A stretch of 58,405 nucleotides of DNA from an uncultured Eubacteriales bacterium (GCA_934385225.1 CAKRPQ010000003.1:1-58405); one strand, 5' to 3'. Shown: positions 34,781-44,042, counted from the stretch's first letter. Program-made: numbers and translations. Notes: generated from the letters alone by a model not told the origin.

Positions 34781-35801
34781 AACAGAACTCTCAAAGCTGA
34801 ACGAATTTTTCGGCGCGATTTCAAAAGCATATAGGCTCTACATTCCGACGGACGTAAAGTCAGGCGCGGAATATAAAGAGTGGAAGGACGGTATGACCCT
34901 CTCGGAGAAGCTGAATACCGTCAGAAGCGCAAAGGATTTCTTCTTCCCGCAGACGGAGAACCTTATGGATTTCAAAACCGGGGGAAAGAAGATAGAAATT
35001 ATCGACACGCGCTCGGAATGTGAGGATTTCGTCATTTTCGGCGTCCGCGCGTGCGACGTGCGTAGCTTTGACGTGCTTGACAGGGTGTTCCTTGCCGAGC
35101 CTGCCGATTCCTACTACAAAAACCGCCGCGAGCACGGCGTTATCATCTCCGTTGCCTGCACAAAGCCCGCCGAGACCTGCTTCTGTCACACGTTTGATAT
35201 CGACGCGAGCGACCCCGAGGGCGATGTTGTCTGCCACAAGACGGACGATGCGCTCTATATGGAGGCGAAAACAGAAAAGGGCGAAAAACTGCTCTCGCTT
35301 GTCGCTTCTCTTACCGCCGAATGCGGTGACGAAAAGGTCTGCGAGCAGAAAAAAGAGATAAAAGAGAGACTTGCAAGGCTGCCTCTCGCTTCCCTTTCGG
35401 CGTCCTCGTTCGGAAAAGGCAAAACGAAGGAATTTTTTGACGCTCCCGAATGGAAGGAGCTTTCCGAGGCTTGCCTCGGCTGCGGAACCTGTACGTTCGT
35501 CTGCCCGACCTGCCAGTGCTACGATATAAAGGACTTTAATACGGGTCACGGCGTGAAGCGTTTCCGCTGCTGGGATTCCTGTATGTACTCCGATTTCACG
35601 AAGATGTCGGCGGGACAGCCGCGTCTCACACAGCTTGAACGCTTCCGCCAGCGCTTTATGCACAAGCTCGTCTATTATCCGACGAACAACGACGGCCTTT
35701 TCTCCTGCGTCGGCTGCGGCAGATGTATGTCGCGTTGCCCGATACAGATGAATATTGTCAAGGTCATGAAAAAACTTTCGGAGGGACGTAAAGATGATTG
35801 A
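34770..35801 (+). CDS. iron-sulfur protein, AsrA/HydB/FlxB-like
   Basis: The motifs are CLGCGTCTFVCPTCQCYD and CVGCGRCMSRCP, with GVRACDVRS upstream. The ATG at 34770 has an AGAGAGG RBS (the ORF-track GTG is at 34764). Confidence 0.7.
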   Translation: MMRKTELSKLNEFFGAISKAYRLYIPTDVKSGAEYKEWKDGMTLSEKLNTVRSAKDFFFPQTENLMDFKTGGKKIEIIDTRSECEDFVIFGVRACDVRSFDVLDRVFLAEPADSYYKNRREHGVIISVACTKPAETCFCHTFDIDASDPEGDVVCHKTDDALYMEAKTEKGEKLLSLVASLTAECGDEKVCEQKKEIKERLARLPLASLSASSFGKGKTKEFFDAPEWKELSEACLGCGTCTFVCPTCQCYDIKDFNTGHGVKRFRCWDSCMYSDFTKMSAGQPRLTQLERFRQRFMHKLVYYPTNNDGLFSCVGCGRCMSRCPIQMNIVKVMKKLSEGRKDD

Positions 35802-36627
35802 TATGAAAGAACCGCTTATGCCGAAGATCGGCGTTGTGACCGATATCCGCATAGATACGCCCGACGTAAAGACCTTCCGCGTTGTTACGCCCGACGGCAA
35901 AAAGGCGTTCGACCATATGCCGGGTCAGTGCGCAATGCTTTCGGTTCCCGGCGTCGGCGAGGCAATGTTTTCGATAACGTCCTCACCGACAAATACCGAA
36001 TATATGGAATTTTCCATTAAAAAGTGCGGCTGCGTCACCGAATGGCTTCACTCAATGGAGGTCGGTCAGGAGATAACGATAAGAGGCCCATACGGCAGAC
36101 CGTTCCCCGTTGACACCGAGTTTGCGGGACACGATATGCTCTTTATCGCGGGCGGTATCGGACTTGCTCCGCTTCGCTCCGTTATAAACTACTGCCGCCA
36201 CTACCGCGACAGATACGGCAAAATCGACATCGTTTACGGCTCGCGCAGTATGCAGGACCTTGTCGATTACAAGGAGATAATCGAGGAATGGGAGAAGGAC
36301 GCGGGCGTTACCGTGCACCTCACCATCGACCGCGAACAGCCCGAATGGACGGGTCACGTCGGCTTCGTTCCGAACTATGTAAAGGAACTTGCTTTCACAC
36401 CCGATAAGGTCGCTATCCTCTGCGGTCCTCCGATAATGATCAAGTTCACGCTTGCGGGACTTGAAGAACTCGGCTTCGACAAGACGCAGGTATATACGAC
36501 GCTCGAACTTCGTATGAAGTGCGGCATCGGAAAATGCGGAAGATGCAACGTCGGCGCAAAGTACGTCTGCAAGGACGGTCCCGTATTCCGTCTTGACGAG
36601 CTTGAAGAGCTTCCCGACGAATACTGA
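35794..36627 (+). CDS. FAD/NAD(P)H-binding oxidoreductase with C-terminal [2Fe-2S] motif, AsrB/HydG/FlxA-like
   Basis: It has an FNR-like fold (FSITSSP, LFIAGGIGLAPLRS) and the C-terminal motif CGIGKCGRCNVG. Confidence 0.8.
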   Translation: MIDMKEPLMPKIGVVTDIRIDTPDVKTFRVVTPDGKKAFDHMPGQCAMLSVPGVGEAMFSITSSPTNTEYMEFSIKKCGCVTEWLHSMEVGQEITIRGPYGRPFPVDTEFAGHDMLFIAGGIGLAPLRSVINYCRHYRDRYGKIDIVYGSRSMQDLVDYKEIIEEWEKDAGVTVHLTIDREQPEWTGHVGFVPNYVKELAFTPDKVAILCGPPIMIKFTLAGLEELGFDKTQVYTTLELRMKCGIGKCGRCNVGAKYVCKDGPVFRLDELEELPDEY

Positions 36628-36652
36628 TACGGGAAAAGGAGTGTAAGTAGCT

Positions 36653-37327
36653 ATGGAAAATATGGTTAATGTATATTTTTTCGGAAAGAAATACAGCGTT
36701 CCCGATAATTTGACGATAATGTGCGCGATGGAATACGCGGGCTATCAGCTCGTGCGCGGCTGCGGCTGCCGAGGCGGTTTCTGCGGTGCCTGCGCGACGA
36801 TATACCGCATAAAGGGCGACAGAGAGCTTCGCACATGCCTTGCCTGCCAGACAAAGGTTGAGAACGATATGTATGTCGCGACGCTTCCTTTCTTCCCGCT
36901 TGTAAAACAGGTTTACGATATCGAAAAGGTGAAGCCAACGGAGCAGATAATGATGCAGCTTTACCCCGAAATCTACGCCTGCATAGGCTGTAACGCCTGT
37001 ACAAAGAGCTGTACGCAGGGACTTAACGTCATGCAGTACATCGCGTATGCGCAGAGAGGCGAGTTTGAGAAGTGTGCGGAGGAGTCGTTCGACTGCGTAA
37101 TGTGCGGAGTCTGCTCTTCGCGTTGCCCCGCGGGCATATCTCACCCTCAGGTCGCTATGCTTGCGAGACGTCTCAACGGCAAATATCTTGCGCCGAAGTC
37201 CGAACACCTTGAAAACAGGGTGAAGGAAATAAAGGACGGCACGTTTGCCGAACTTATTGAAAACCTTATGGGCAAACCGATCGACGAGATCAAAGAGCTT
37301 TACAACAACAGAGAGATCGAAAAGTAA
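36653..37327 (+). CDS. frdB: fumarate reductase/succinate dehydrogenase iron-sulfur subunit-like
   Basis: The N-terminal [2Fe-2S] pattern is CRGGFCGAC...C. It is followed by CIGCNACTKSC and the complete motif CVMCGVCSSRCP. Confidence 0.75.
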   Translation: MENMVNVYFFGKKYSVPDNLTIMCAMEYAGYQLVRGCGCRGGFCGACATIYRIKGDRELRTCLACQTKVENDMYVATLPFFPLVKQVYDIEKVKPTEQIMMQLYPEIYACIGCNACTKSCTQGLNVMQYIAYAQRGEFEKCAEESFDCVMCGVCSSRCPAGISHPQVAMLARRLNGKYLAPKSEHLENRVKEIKDGTFAELIENLMGKPIDEIKELYNNREIEK

Positions 37328-37339
37328 GGGGGCGACGAA

Positions 37340-38935
37340 ATGTATCCGGAAGAACTAAAAAAATCGCTTGAAGCGGTTGAGAGCGCAAGAGAGGCGAATA
37401 TCGCATTCGAACCCCGTCGTATGACGGCGGACGAAAAGGACGCGCTCCTTGCTTCATACCACCCCGACTACAAAAGGGACGAATTTAAGGCACTCAGAAT
37501 AGGTCCGAACAAGGGCGAGGAGGTGCCGCACGAGCTTTGCGATATGCTCGAAGCGCACAGCCGCATTTCCGCAAAGGACGTTGACCTTGACAAGGTAACA
37601 TACGACGTCGATGTTCTTATAATCGGCGGCGGCGGAGCGGGCGCTTCCGCGGCGATCGAAGCCGATAACGCGGGCGCAAAGACGATGATAGTCACGAAGC
37701 TTCGTATAGGCGACGCGAACACGATGATGGCTGAGGGCGGTATTCAGGCGGCCGACAAACCGAACGATTCGCCCGCTATCCACTTTGTCGACGCTTTCGG
37801 CGGCGGACACTACGCGGCAAAGCGGGACCTTCTCGCGAAGCTCGTCTGCGACGCTCCCGAAGCAATAAAGTGGCTGAACGATCTCGGCGTGGAGTTTGAC
37901 AAAGCTCCCGACGGCACGATGATTACGACGCACGGCGGCGGAACTTCACGCAAGCGTATGCACGCCGCAAAGGACTATTCGGGCGCGGAAATTATGAGAA
38001 CTCTGCGCGACGAAGTGCTGAACCGCGGTATTCCCGTAGTTGACTTCACATCCGCAGTCGAACTCATTCTTGACGAGAACGGCAAGTGCGCGGGCGCAGT
38101 CCTTATGAATATGGAAACAAAGGAACTTATGGTTGCGCGCGCAAAAACCGTCATTATCGCGACGGGCGGTGCGGGAAGAATGCACTATCAGGGCTTCCCG
38201 ACATCGAACCACTACGGCGCAACTGCTGACGGACTTGTTCTCGGCTACCGTGTCGGCGCAAAGCTCCTCTATGCGGACACTTTGCAGTATCACCCGACGG
38301 GCGCGGCTTATCCAACGCAGATATTCGGCTCGCTCGTTACCGAAAAGGTGCGTTCGCTCGGCGCAAAGCTCGTGAACCGCGACGGTAAAGTCTTTATCCA
38401 CCCGCTCGAAACGCGCGACGTCTGCGCGGCGGGCATTATCCGTGAATGTTCGGATAACGGAGAGGGCGTAGATACCGGAAACGGCAAGGCTGTATGGCTT
38501 GACACGCCGATGATAGAGAAGATCGGCGGAGAGGGAACTATCGAAAAGAGAATACCTGCCATGCTCCGTATGTTCGGTACATACGGCATCGACATAAGAA
38601 AAGAACCGATACTTGTCTACCCGACGCTCCACTACCAGAACGGCGGTCTTGATATAAACGTAAACGGAATGACGACGAACGTCGAAAATCTGTTTGTCGC
38701 AGGCGAGGCAGTCGGCGGTATTCACGGTCGTAACAGACTTATGGGTAACTCTCTGCTTGATATTATCGTGTTCGGCAGAAGCGCGGGACGTAACGCGGCT
38801 GAAACGTCGAAAAATACGAACGTCGGCAAGCTCACGCTTGACCATATAGCGCGTTTCGATAAGGAAAGAGAAGAAGCGGGCATAGTCACAGACGCCGTTT
38901 CTCCGAAGCTCCTTCCCGATTACAGAAGAAAATAA
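37340..38935 (+). CDS. frdA: fumarate reductase/succinate dehydrogenase flavoprotein-like subunit, non-covalent-FAD type
   Basis: The motifs are DVLIIGGGGAGASAA, QYHPTG, TEKVRSLGAKLVN, PTLHYQNGG and GEAVGGIHGRNRLMGNSLLDIIVFGR. Asn127 (37718-37720) stands where the FAD-linking His sits in E. coli FrdA (RSHTVAAEGG). Confidence 0.8.
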   Translation: MYPEELKKSLEAVESAREANIAFEPRRMTADEKDALLASYHPDYKRDEFKALRIGPNKGEEVPHELCDMLEAHSRISAKDVDLDKVTYDVDVLIIGGGGAGASAAIEADNAGAKTMIVTKLRIGDANTMMAEGGIQAADKPNDSPAIHFVDAFGGGHYAAKRDLLAKLVCDAPEAIKWLNDLGVEFDKAPDGTMITTHGGGTSRKRMHAAKDYSGAEIMRTLRDEVLNRGIPVVDFTSAVELILDENGKCAGAVLMNMETKELMVARAKTVIIATGGAGRMHYQGFPTSNHYGATADGLVLGYRVGAKLLYADTLQYHPTGAAYPTQIFGSLVTEKVRSLGAKLVNRDGKVFIHPLETRDVCAAGIIRECSDNGEGVDTGNGKAVWLDTPMIEKIGGEGTIEKRIPAMLRMFGTYGIDIRKEPILVYPTLHYQNGGLDINVNGMTTNVENLFVAGEAVGGIHGRNRLMGNSLLDIIVFGRSAGRNAAETSKNTNVGKLTLDHIARFDKEREEAGIVTDAVSPKLLPDYRRK

Positions 38936-38960
38936 AATAAAAAAGAAAGCGTAAAACAAA

Positions 38961-39287
38961 ATGACAGTTTTTCAAATAGTTGACCTTTTTGAGGCACTTA
39001 CAATTTTCTGCTTTGGTCTTTCGTGGCCGATCTCGATCCGTAAATCGTGGGTTTCCCGCACCGCAAAGGGAAAAAGCCTCTTTTTCGAGGTGTTTCTCCT
39101 TATCGGCTACGCATTCGGAATTGCCAGAAAGATAATTTATATCGCCTCGCCCGACCTCACGAGCGGCGGCTTCATCTTCTACCTCAGTTTCTTCTTCTAC
39201 ATACTGAACTTTATCGAAATTTCGATAGATGCGGCTCTCTATTTCAGAAACAAGAGACTCGATGAGATAGCTGACGCGAAGAAATAA
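38961..39287 (+). CDS. small 3-TM membrane protein (PQ-loop/SemiSWEET-like), last gene of the operon
   Basis: It is 108 aa with three hydrophobic segments and the motif WPISIRKSWVSRTAKGKSLFF. It contains no histidine. The RBS is weak. Confidence 0.5.
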   Translation: MTVFQIVDLFEALTIFCFGLSWPISIRKSWVSRTAKGKSLFFEVFLLIGYAFGIARKIIYIASPDLTSGGFIFYLSFFFYILNFIEISIDAALYFRNKRLDEIADAKK

Positions 39288-39303
39288 CGCGTCAAAACAC
39301 AAA

Positions 39304-39342
39304 AACGGTAAGCACATATACCCCCGTGCTTGCCGTTTCTTT
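39304..39342 (+). terminator. rho-independent terminator (first of two)
   Basis: A 12-bp stem aacggtaagcac / gtgcttgccgtt is followed by a T-rich tract. Confidence 0.75.
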
Positions 39343-39356
39343 ATAAAAAATTTGAT

Positions 39357-39387
39357 AGGACGGAGGGTCTTCCAGCCGTCCTTTTTG
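39357..39387. terminator. second hairpin terminator between convergent genes
   Basis: The stem ggacgg / ccgtcc is followed by TTTTT on the plus strand, with an A/T-rich tract on the other side. Confidence 0.55.
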
Positions 39388-39403
39388 TCGTGCCTTTTCG
39401 GTT

Positions 39404-40153
39404 TTATTCGCTTTCCGCGGTGCTTTCCGCCGCAAAGTCGAATATCTGCTTTCCCGTGCCGCGAACCTGCCACATATAGTAGATGAATGCCGTAGCGGAG
39501 ACGTCGTCTTTCAGTTCCTCCTCCGACTTCGGCGTCGGATAACCGTTTGATATGTCAAAGTATTCATAGGTGCTGCGCCCGTCCTCGCCCGCGTCAAAAC
39601 CGTAGATGTAAGTGTTTGCATAGTTTTCTTTCGGCTGCGAAAGCGTTTCTCCCTTGCCGAAAGCTCTGCCACCGAGAATGAACGGGTCGTGGTACGAGAC
39701 GGTGTTTCTGTAAGCGCGTTCGATTTTAACCTCGCTGCCGAGCGTAAGATCTGTTATCTTGTATTTCGGCTCGTAAAATTCGATATAAGTTTTCGCGAGC
39801 GACACTTCGCGCGGACGCGGCGTGGAGCTTGTCACCGAAAACGTTCTGTATATTCCGTCCTCCGTGACGACGATTATGCAGTTTATAAAGCGCATATCGT
39901 CCGCGGTGTAGTATCTCTTTATCTCCTCGTAATCGTCGTCATCACCGAAAATGCGCTCAAAGGTCATATCCGAAAGATCGCAGAGCGATTCAAGCGACAC
40001 TTTTTTAACGTCAAGCGCCTCGTCGCTGTCAAGGACGGTGAAATCGGGTGCGTCGGCTTTTTCGCCGTTTTCGGCATTGCCACAGGACGGCAGAACAAAA
40101 AGCAGAGCGAGCGTAAACGCGAATGTGACCGCAAACGTTAAAACTTTTTTCAT
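39404..40153 (-). CDS. hypothetical lipoprotein
   Basis: The signal peptide MKKVLTFAVTFAFTLALLFVLPSC carries a lipobox. No catalytic motifs were recognised. Confidence 0.65.
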   Translation of the reverse strand: MKKVLTFAVTFAFTLALLFVLPSCGNAENGEKADAPDFTVLDSDEALDVKKVSLESLCDLSDMTFERIFGDDDDYEEIKRYYTADDMRFINCIIVVTEDGIYRTFSVTSSTPRPREVSLAKTYIEFYEPKYKITDLTLGSEVKIERAYRNTVSYHDPFILGGRAFGKGETLSQPKENYANTYIYGFDAGEDGRSTYEYFDISNGYPTPKSEEELKDDVSATAFIYYMWQVRGTGKQIFDFAAESTAESE

Positions 40154-40331
40154 TTTCCTGTTTCCTTTCGTGCTTATGTACCCTGTACACCGATTTTGAG
40201 CCGAGTTTTGATATTTTATTGTATTCTACGATTATATATTACCATATATTTTCTCTTTTGTCAATACAAACCGCAAAAAATCAAAAGGACGGAACGGGCG
40301 CGGACATATATCGGAAATTTTCCCGCCCCCA

Positions 40332-41159
40332 CTATTTTCTCACCGCCGACGGCGTTTTTCCGACGTATTTTCTGAACGTTTTTGAAAAGTAGGACATATT
40401 TTCAAAGCCGCACCGCGCGGCGATCTCGCCGACGGGATCGTCCGTGCCGACAAGAAGTCTGCGTGCATATTCGCAACGGAGCATATTGACGTATTCCGTC
40501 ACCGTGTAGCCCGTGTAGCGCTTGAAGCGGCGCAGAAAATGATATTTGCTCGAACCTGCCGCGGCGGCTATTTCGTCCGCGGTCATTTCGCTTGTGTAGT
40601 TTGAGTTTATGTAGACTAATCCGCTTTTTACCGTGTCCGAGCTTTTCTTTGCCGCCTTTTTCGGCAGAGGCTCGGAAAATTCGCACGCGAGAAGAGCCAG
40701 AACGCGCATAACGGCGGAACGCACCGACACGACGCGCGAGTTTTCGTCCGTGTTTTCGTCGAATTCCTTTGCCGCTTTCTCTACAAGAGAAAACAGCTCG
40801 GCGTTTTCGATGTGCGTCATAAAGTGGAGATGCTCTATATCAAGCCCGTTTTCGATGCAGAATGTGCGTCCGACGATGAGACAGTGGTATTCGACGCTTC
40901 CGTCGCTCGCAATCGTGTGAACGGCGTTCGAATCTATGACGACGGTGTCGCCTTTTTTCATCGTGTACCTGTTCGTGTCGCAGAGGATACTGCCCATGCC
41001 GCTCGTCACCGAGAGAATTTCAAGACTGTCGTGCCAGTTGCCGCAGTTGTATGGTTTGTGTTCGACCTTGTCGTAGTGATATATGAACGGCAGCCGCTCG
41101 TCGGACCACCTGTGAACTTCAAAGACGCTTCCCGATTGATTTCTGTTCTCTTTCGGCAT
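40332..41159 (-). CDS. AraC-family transcriptional regulator (cupin + HTH)
   Basis: The C-terminal HTH reads IAAAAGSSKYHFLRRFKRYTGYTVTEYVNMLRCEYARRLL...IAARCGFENMSYFSKTFRKYVGKTPSAVR. It is divergent from the 41320 operon. Confidence 0.85.
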   Translation of the reverse strand: MPKENRNQSGSVFEVHRWSDERLPFIYHYDKVEHKPYNCGNWHDSLEILSVTSGMGSILCDTNRYTMKKGDTVVIDSNAVHTIASDGSVEYHCLIVGRTFCIENGLDIEHLHFMTHIENAELFSLVEKAAKEFDENTDENSRVVSVRSAVMRVLALLACEFSEPLPKKAAKKSSDTVKSGLVYINSNYTSEMTADEIAAAAGSSKYHFLRRFKRYTGYTVTEYVNMLRCEYARRLLVGTDDPVGEIAARCGFENMSYFSKTFRKYVGKTPSAVRK

Positions 41160-41319
41160 AATGCACCTCGCAAAAAGAGCAATATTGTGTTAGAAATCCG
41201 CAATATAGACCCTTGATTTTTCCTCGTAAACTGTTAAAATATAGTTAAAGAGGCTGTATATCAATTATACAGTAAAAAAACGGTTTTTGCAATATTTTTT
41301 CAAAAAAAGGAGAGTGCAA

Positions 41320-42168
41320 ATGTACGATTTCAGGATAGGAGCGATGGTAGAATCGTTCAGGACGGATCCGTTCGAGGCTATAAAAAAAGCGGCTTCTCTC
41401 GGCGCGGGCGGTCTGCAAATGTATTGCACGAGCGGCGAGAACGCGCCGGAAAATATGACGGAGGAGCGCATAAAGAAGTTCCGCGGCGTGCTGAATGATA
41501 ACGGTCTTGTTTTCAGCGCGATATGCGGCGATCTCGGCAGAGGCTTCGGAAACAAGGAGCTTAATCCCGCGCTTATCGAAAGGTCGAAGCGCATAGTCGA
41601 TCTTGCCCTGCGGCTCGGCACGAATATCGTAACGACGCACATCGGCGTAGTTCCGAGTGACGAGAACCACGAACGCTATAAGGTAATGCAGGAGGCTTGC
41701 CATGCTCTCGCCGAATACGCCGACAGCGTAGGGGCGCACTTTGCCGTCGAGACGGGACCCGAACCGTCCGCGGTGCTTAAAAAGTTCCTCGATTCGCTCG
41801 GTTCAAAGGGCGTTGCGGTCAACCTTGACCCCGCGAACCTCGTTATGGTCGTCGGCGACGACCCCGTCGCGGCGGTGCATAACCTTAAAGACTATATCGT
41901 CCATACGCACGCAAAGGACGGCATAATGCTCGAAAAGACGAACCCCGAATACATATACGGCATAACGCCGAAGCCCGAAGAAATCGGAGACATAACCTTT
42001 TTCCGCGAAGTTCCGCTCGGTAAAGGCTCGGTGAATTTCCCCGCATACCTTAAAGCACTTGACGAAATAGGCTATCACGGCTTCCTCACGATAGAGCGCG
42101 AGGTCGGCGACACTCCCGAAAAGGACATCTCCGAGGCGATAAACTTCTTAAAAGGACTTAACGGATAA
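41320..42168 (+). CDS. sugar phosphate isomerase/epimerase-like TIM-barrel protein (xylose isomerase-like fold)
   Basis: The fold markers are [23 protein letters not shown] and HTHAKDG. The start is at MYDFRIG (AGGAGAG RBS). Confidence 0.75.
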   Translation: MYDFRIGAMVESFRTDPFEAIKKAASLGAGGLQMYCTSGENAPENMTEERIKKFRGVLNDNGLVFSAICGDLGRGFGNKELNPALIERSKRIVDLALRLGTNIVTTHIGVVPSDENHERYKVMQEACHALAEYADSVGAHFAVETGPEPSAVLKKFLDSLGSKGVAVNLDPANLVMVVGDDPVAAVHNLKDYIVHTHAKDGIMLEKTNPEYIYGITPKPEEIGDITFFREVPLGKGSVNFPAYLKALDEIGYHGFLTIEREVGDTPEKDISEAINFLKGLNG

Positions 42169-42171
42169 AAA

Positions 42172-42960
42172 ATGAAACTGATGACCTTCAACATTCAGCA
42201 CGGCGCGTGCTTCCGCGACCCGAAAAGGCGCGTTGACCTCTCTCGCACGGCGGCTCTTATCGAAAAATACGCGCCCGGCATCGTTTCTCTTAACGAGGTG
42301 CGCGGCATAGGCGAAAAACCGCTTGTCCCGCAGATAAAAACGCCGCTCGGAAGGGCAGACGCGGAGAGTATAACGGCGGATTTTTCCGACCAGACGCAGG
42401 TTCTCGCGTCACTTACGGGTATGACGGGTATTTTTGCGCCCGCGATAACGCTTTCGGAGGGGATACTCTACGGAAACGCGCTCCTTTCGCGCTATCCTTT
42501 CGAAAACGTGAAGGTCACAGGCATAGCTTCGCCCGACAAAGGCGAGCAGTATTATAAAAGTATTCACGCATACGAGAGCCGCTGTCTGCTCTCCGCCGAA
42601 ATAGAAACGGCAGAGGGACGCGTGACGGTTTTCACCTGCCATATGGGGCTTAACCCCGACGAGAGAATTTCCGCGGTGAAAACGATCTGCCGTGAGGCGG
42701 ACGAGGTGAGTGGCGGCAAGATACTTATGGGAGACTTCAATATGGCACCGGGGTGCGAGCTGCTTATACCGATAAAGGAGCGGTTTGCCGACAGCGCCGC
42801 CGTTCTCGGTGCGGAAAAGCCGACGTTCCCGGCGGACAGGCCCGCGATAAAGATAGACTATATTTTTGTCAGCCGCGATATGACGGTGAAAAGTGCCGAA
42901 ATACCCGACGAATACGTTTCGGATCATAGGGTGCATATCGCAGATGTACAATATAATTAA
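42172..42960 (+). CDS. endonuclease/exonuclease/phosphatase (EEP) family protein
   Basis: The motifs are MTFNIQHG, VSLNEV, LMGDFNMAP and SDHRVHIADV. Confidence 0.75.
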   Translation: MKLMTFNIQHGACFRDPKRRVDLSRTAALIEKYAPGIVSLNEVRGIGEKPLVPQIKTPLGRADAESITADFSDQTQVLASLTGMTGIFAPAITLSEGILYGNALLSRYPFENVKVTGIASPDKGEQYYKSIHAYESRCLLSAEIETAEGRVTVFTCHMGLNPDERISAVKTICREADEVSGGKILMGDFNMAPGCELLIPIKERFADSAAVLGAEKPTFPADRPAIKIDYIFVSRDMTVKSAEIPDEYVSDHRVHIADVQYN

Positions 42961-42979
42961 AAAGAAAGAGGACAGAAAG

Positions 42980-44041
42980 ATGAAAAAACTCAAAATAGGC
43001 ATTATAGGCACGGGAAACATTTCGAGAAGCCATATGGATTCTTACAGAAAGAACCCGAACGTCGAGCTTTACGCGCTTTGCGACATCGACGAGGGACGCC
43101 TTAAAAAGGCGGGTGAGGAATACGGCATAACGCGCCTTTACACAGACCTCAGCGAAATGCTTGCGCTCCCCGAAATCGACGCCGTAAGCGTCTGCACATG
43201 GAACAGCGCGCATGCGCCCTGTACGATAGCGGCTCTGAACGCGGGCAAGCACGTCCTGTGCGAGAAGCCGATGGCAACGACGGTAGAGGACGCGGTAAAG
43301 ATGAAAGAAGCCGCCGAGAAGAACGGCAAGCTACTTATGATAGGCTTTGTGCGCCGCTTCGGAAACGATATGAAGATGATAAGGGATTTTCAGTCGGTCG
43401 ATTATTTCGGCGACATCTACTACGCAAAGGCAAACTACCTCCGCCGCAACGGCAATCCCTGCGGCTGGTTCGGCGAAAAGGAGCTTTCGGGCGGCGGACC
43501 GCTTATAGACCTCGGAGTTCACGTCATCGACTTTATCCGCTACGCGATGGGCAACCCGAAACCCGTTTCCGTTTACGGCGCGACTTTTCAGAAGCTCTTT
43601 GACAGAAGAAACATAAAAACGCCGAAAGCATACGTCAGCGCAAGCTCCACAAAGGACGACTACTGCAACGTCGAGGATATGGCGACTGCTCTCGTACGCT
43701 TCGAGAACGGCGCGGTGCTTCAAGTCGAAGCGGCGTTCAGCATGAACATAGAAAATGACGAGGGTAAGCTCGAACTTTACGGCACAAAGGCGGGCGTAAG
43801 AGTCGGAAACGAGATCAAAATGTTCACCGAGCAGAACGATTACCTCGCGGATGTGACGATAAAAGCCGATGCGTCAATGAATTTTTCGGGAATCTTCCAA
43901 AAGGAGATAGACCACTACGTCGATTGCGTCCTTAACGGCACGGAATGCAAAAATCCCGCCGAGGACGGCGTTGAAATAATGAAGATATTAACGGCCGTAT
44001 ACAAGTCTGCCGAGACGGGACACGAGGTTGTGATAGAATAA
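42980..44041 (+). CDS. Gfo/Idh/MocA-family NAD(P)-dependent oxidoreductase
   Basis: The motifs are MKKLKIGIIGTGNISRSH and HVLCEKPMA. The start was re-picked from the ORF-track 42893. Confidence 0.85.
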   Translation: MKKLKIGIIGTGNISRSHMDSYRKNPNVELYALCDIDEGRLKKAGEEYGITRLYTDLSEMLALPEIDAVSVCTWNSAHAPCTIAALNAGKHVLCEKPMATTVEDAVKMKEAAEKNGKLLMIGFVRRFGNDMKMIRDFQSVDYFGDIYYAKANYLRRNGNPCGWFGEKELSGGGPLIDLGVHVIDFIRYAMGNPKPVSVYGATFQKLFDRRNIKTPKAYVSASSTKDDYCNVEDMATALVRFENGAVLQVEAAFSMNIENDEGKLELYGTKAGVRVGNEIKMFTEQNDYLADVTIKADASMNFSGIFQKEIDHYVDCVLNGTECKNPAEDGVEIMKILTAVYKSAETGHEVVIE

Positions 44042-44042
44042 T

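Noticed and set aside
37340-38935. L-aspartate oxidase (NadB) instead of fumarate reductase flavoprotein
   Set aside because: It is translationally coupled to an SdhB/FrdB-type FeS subunit and sits downstream of a fumarase and an MDH-like gene, with no nadA or nadC nearby. NadB cannot be excluded without phylogeny.
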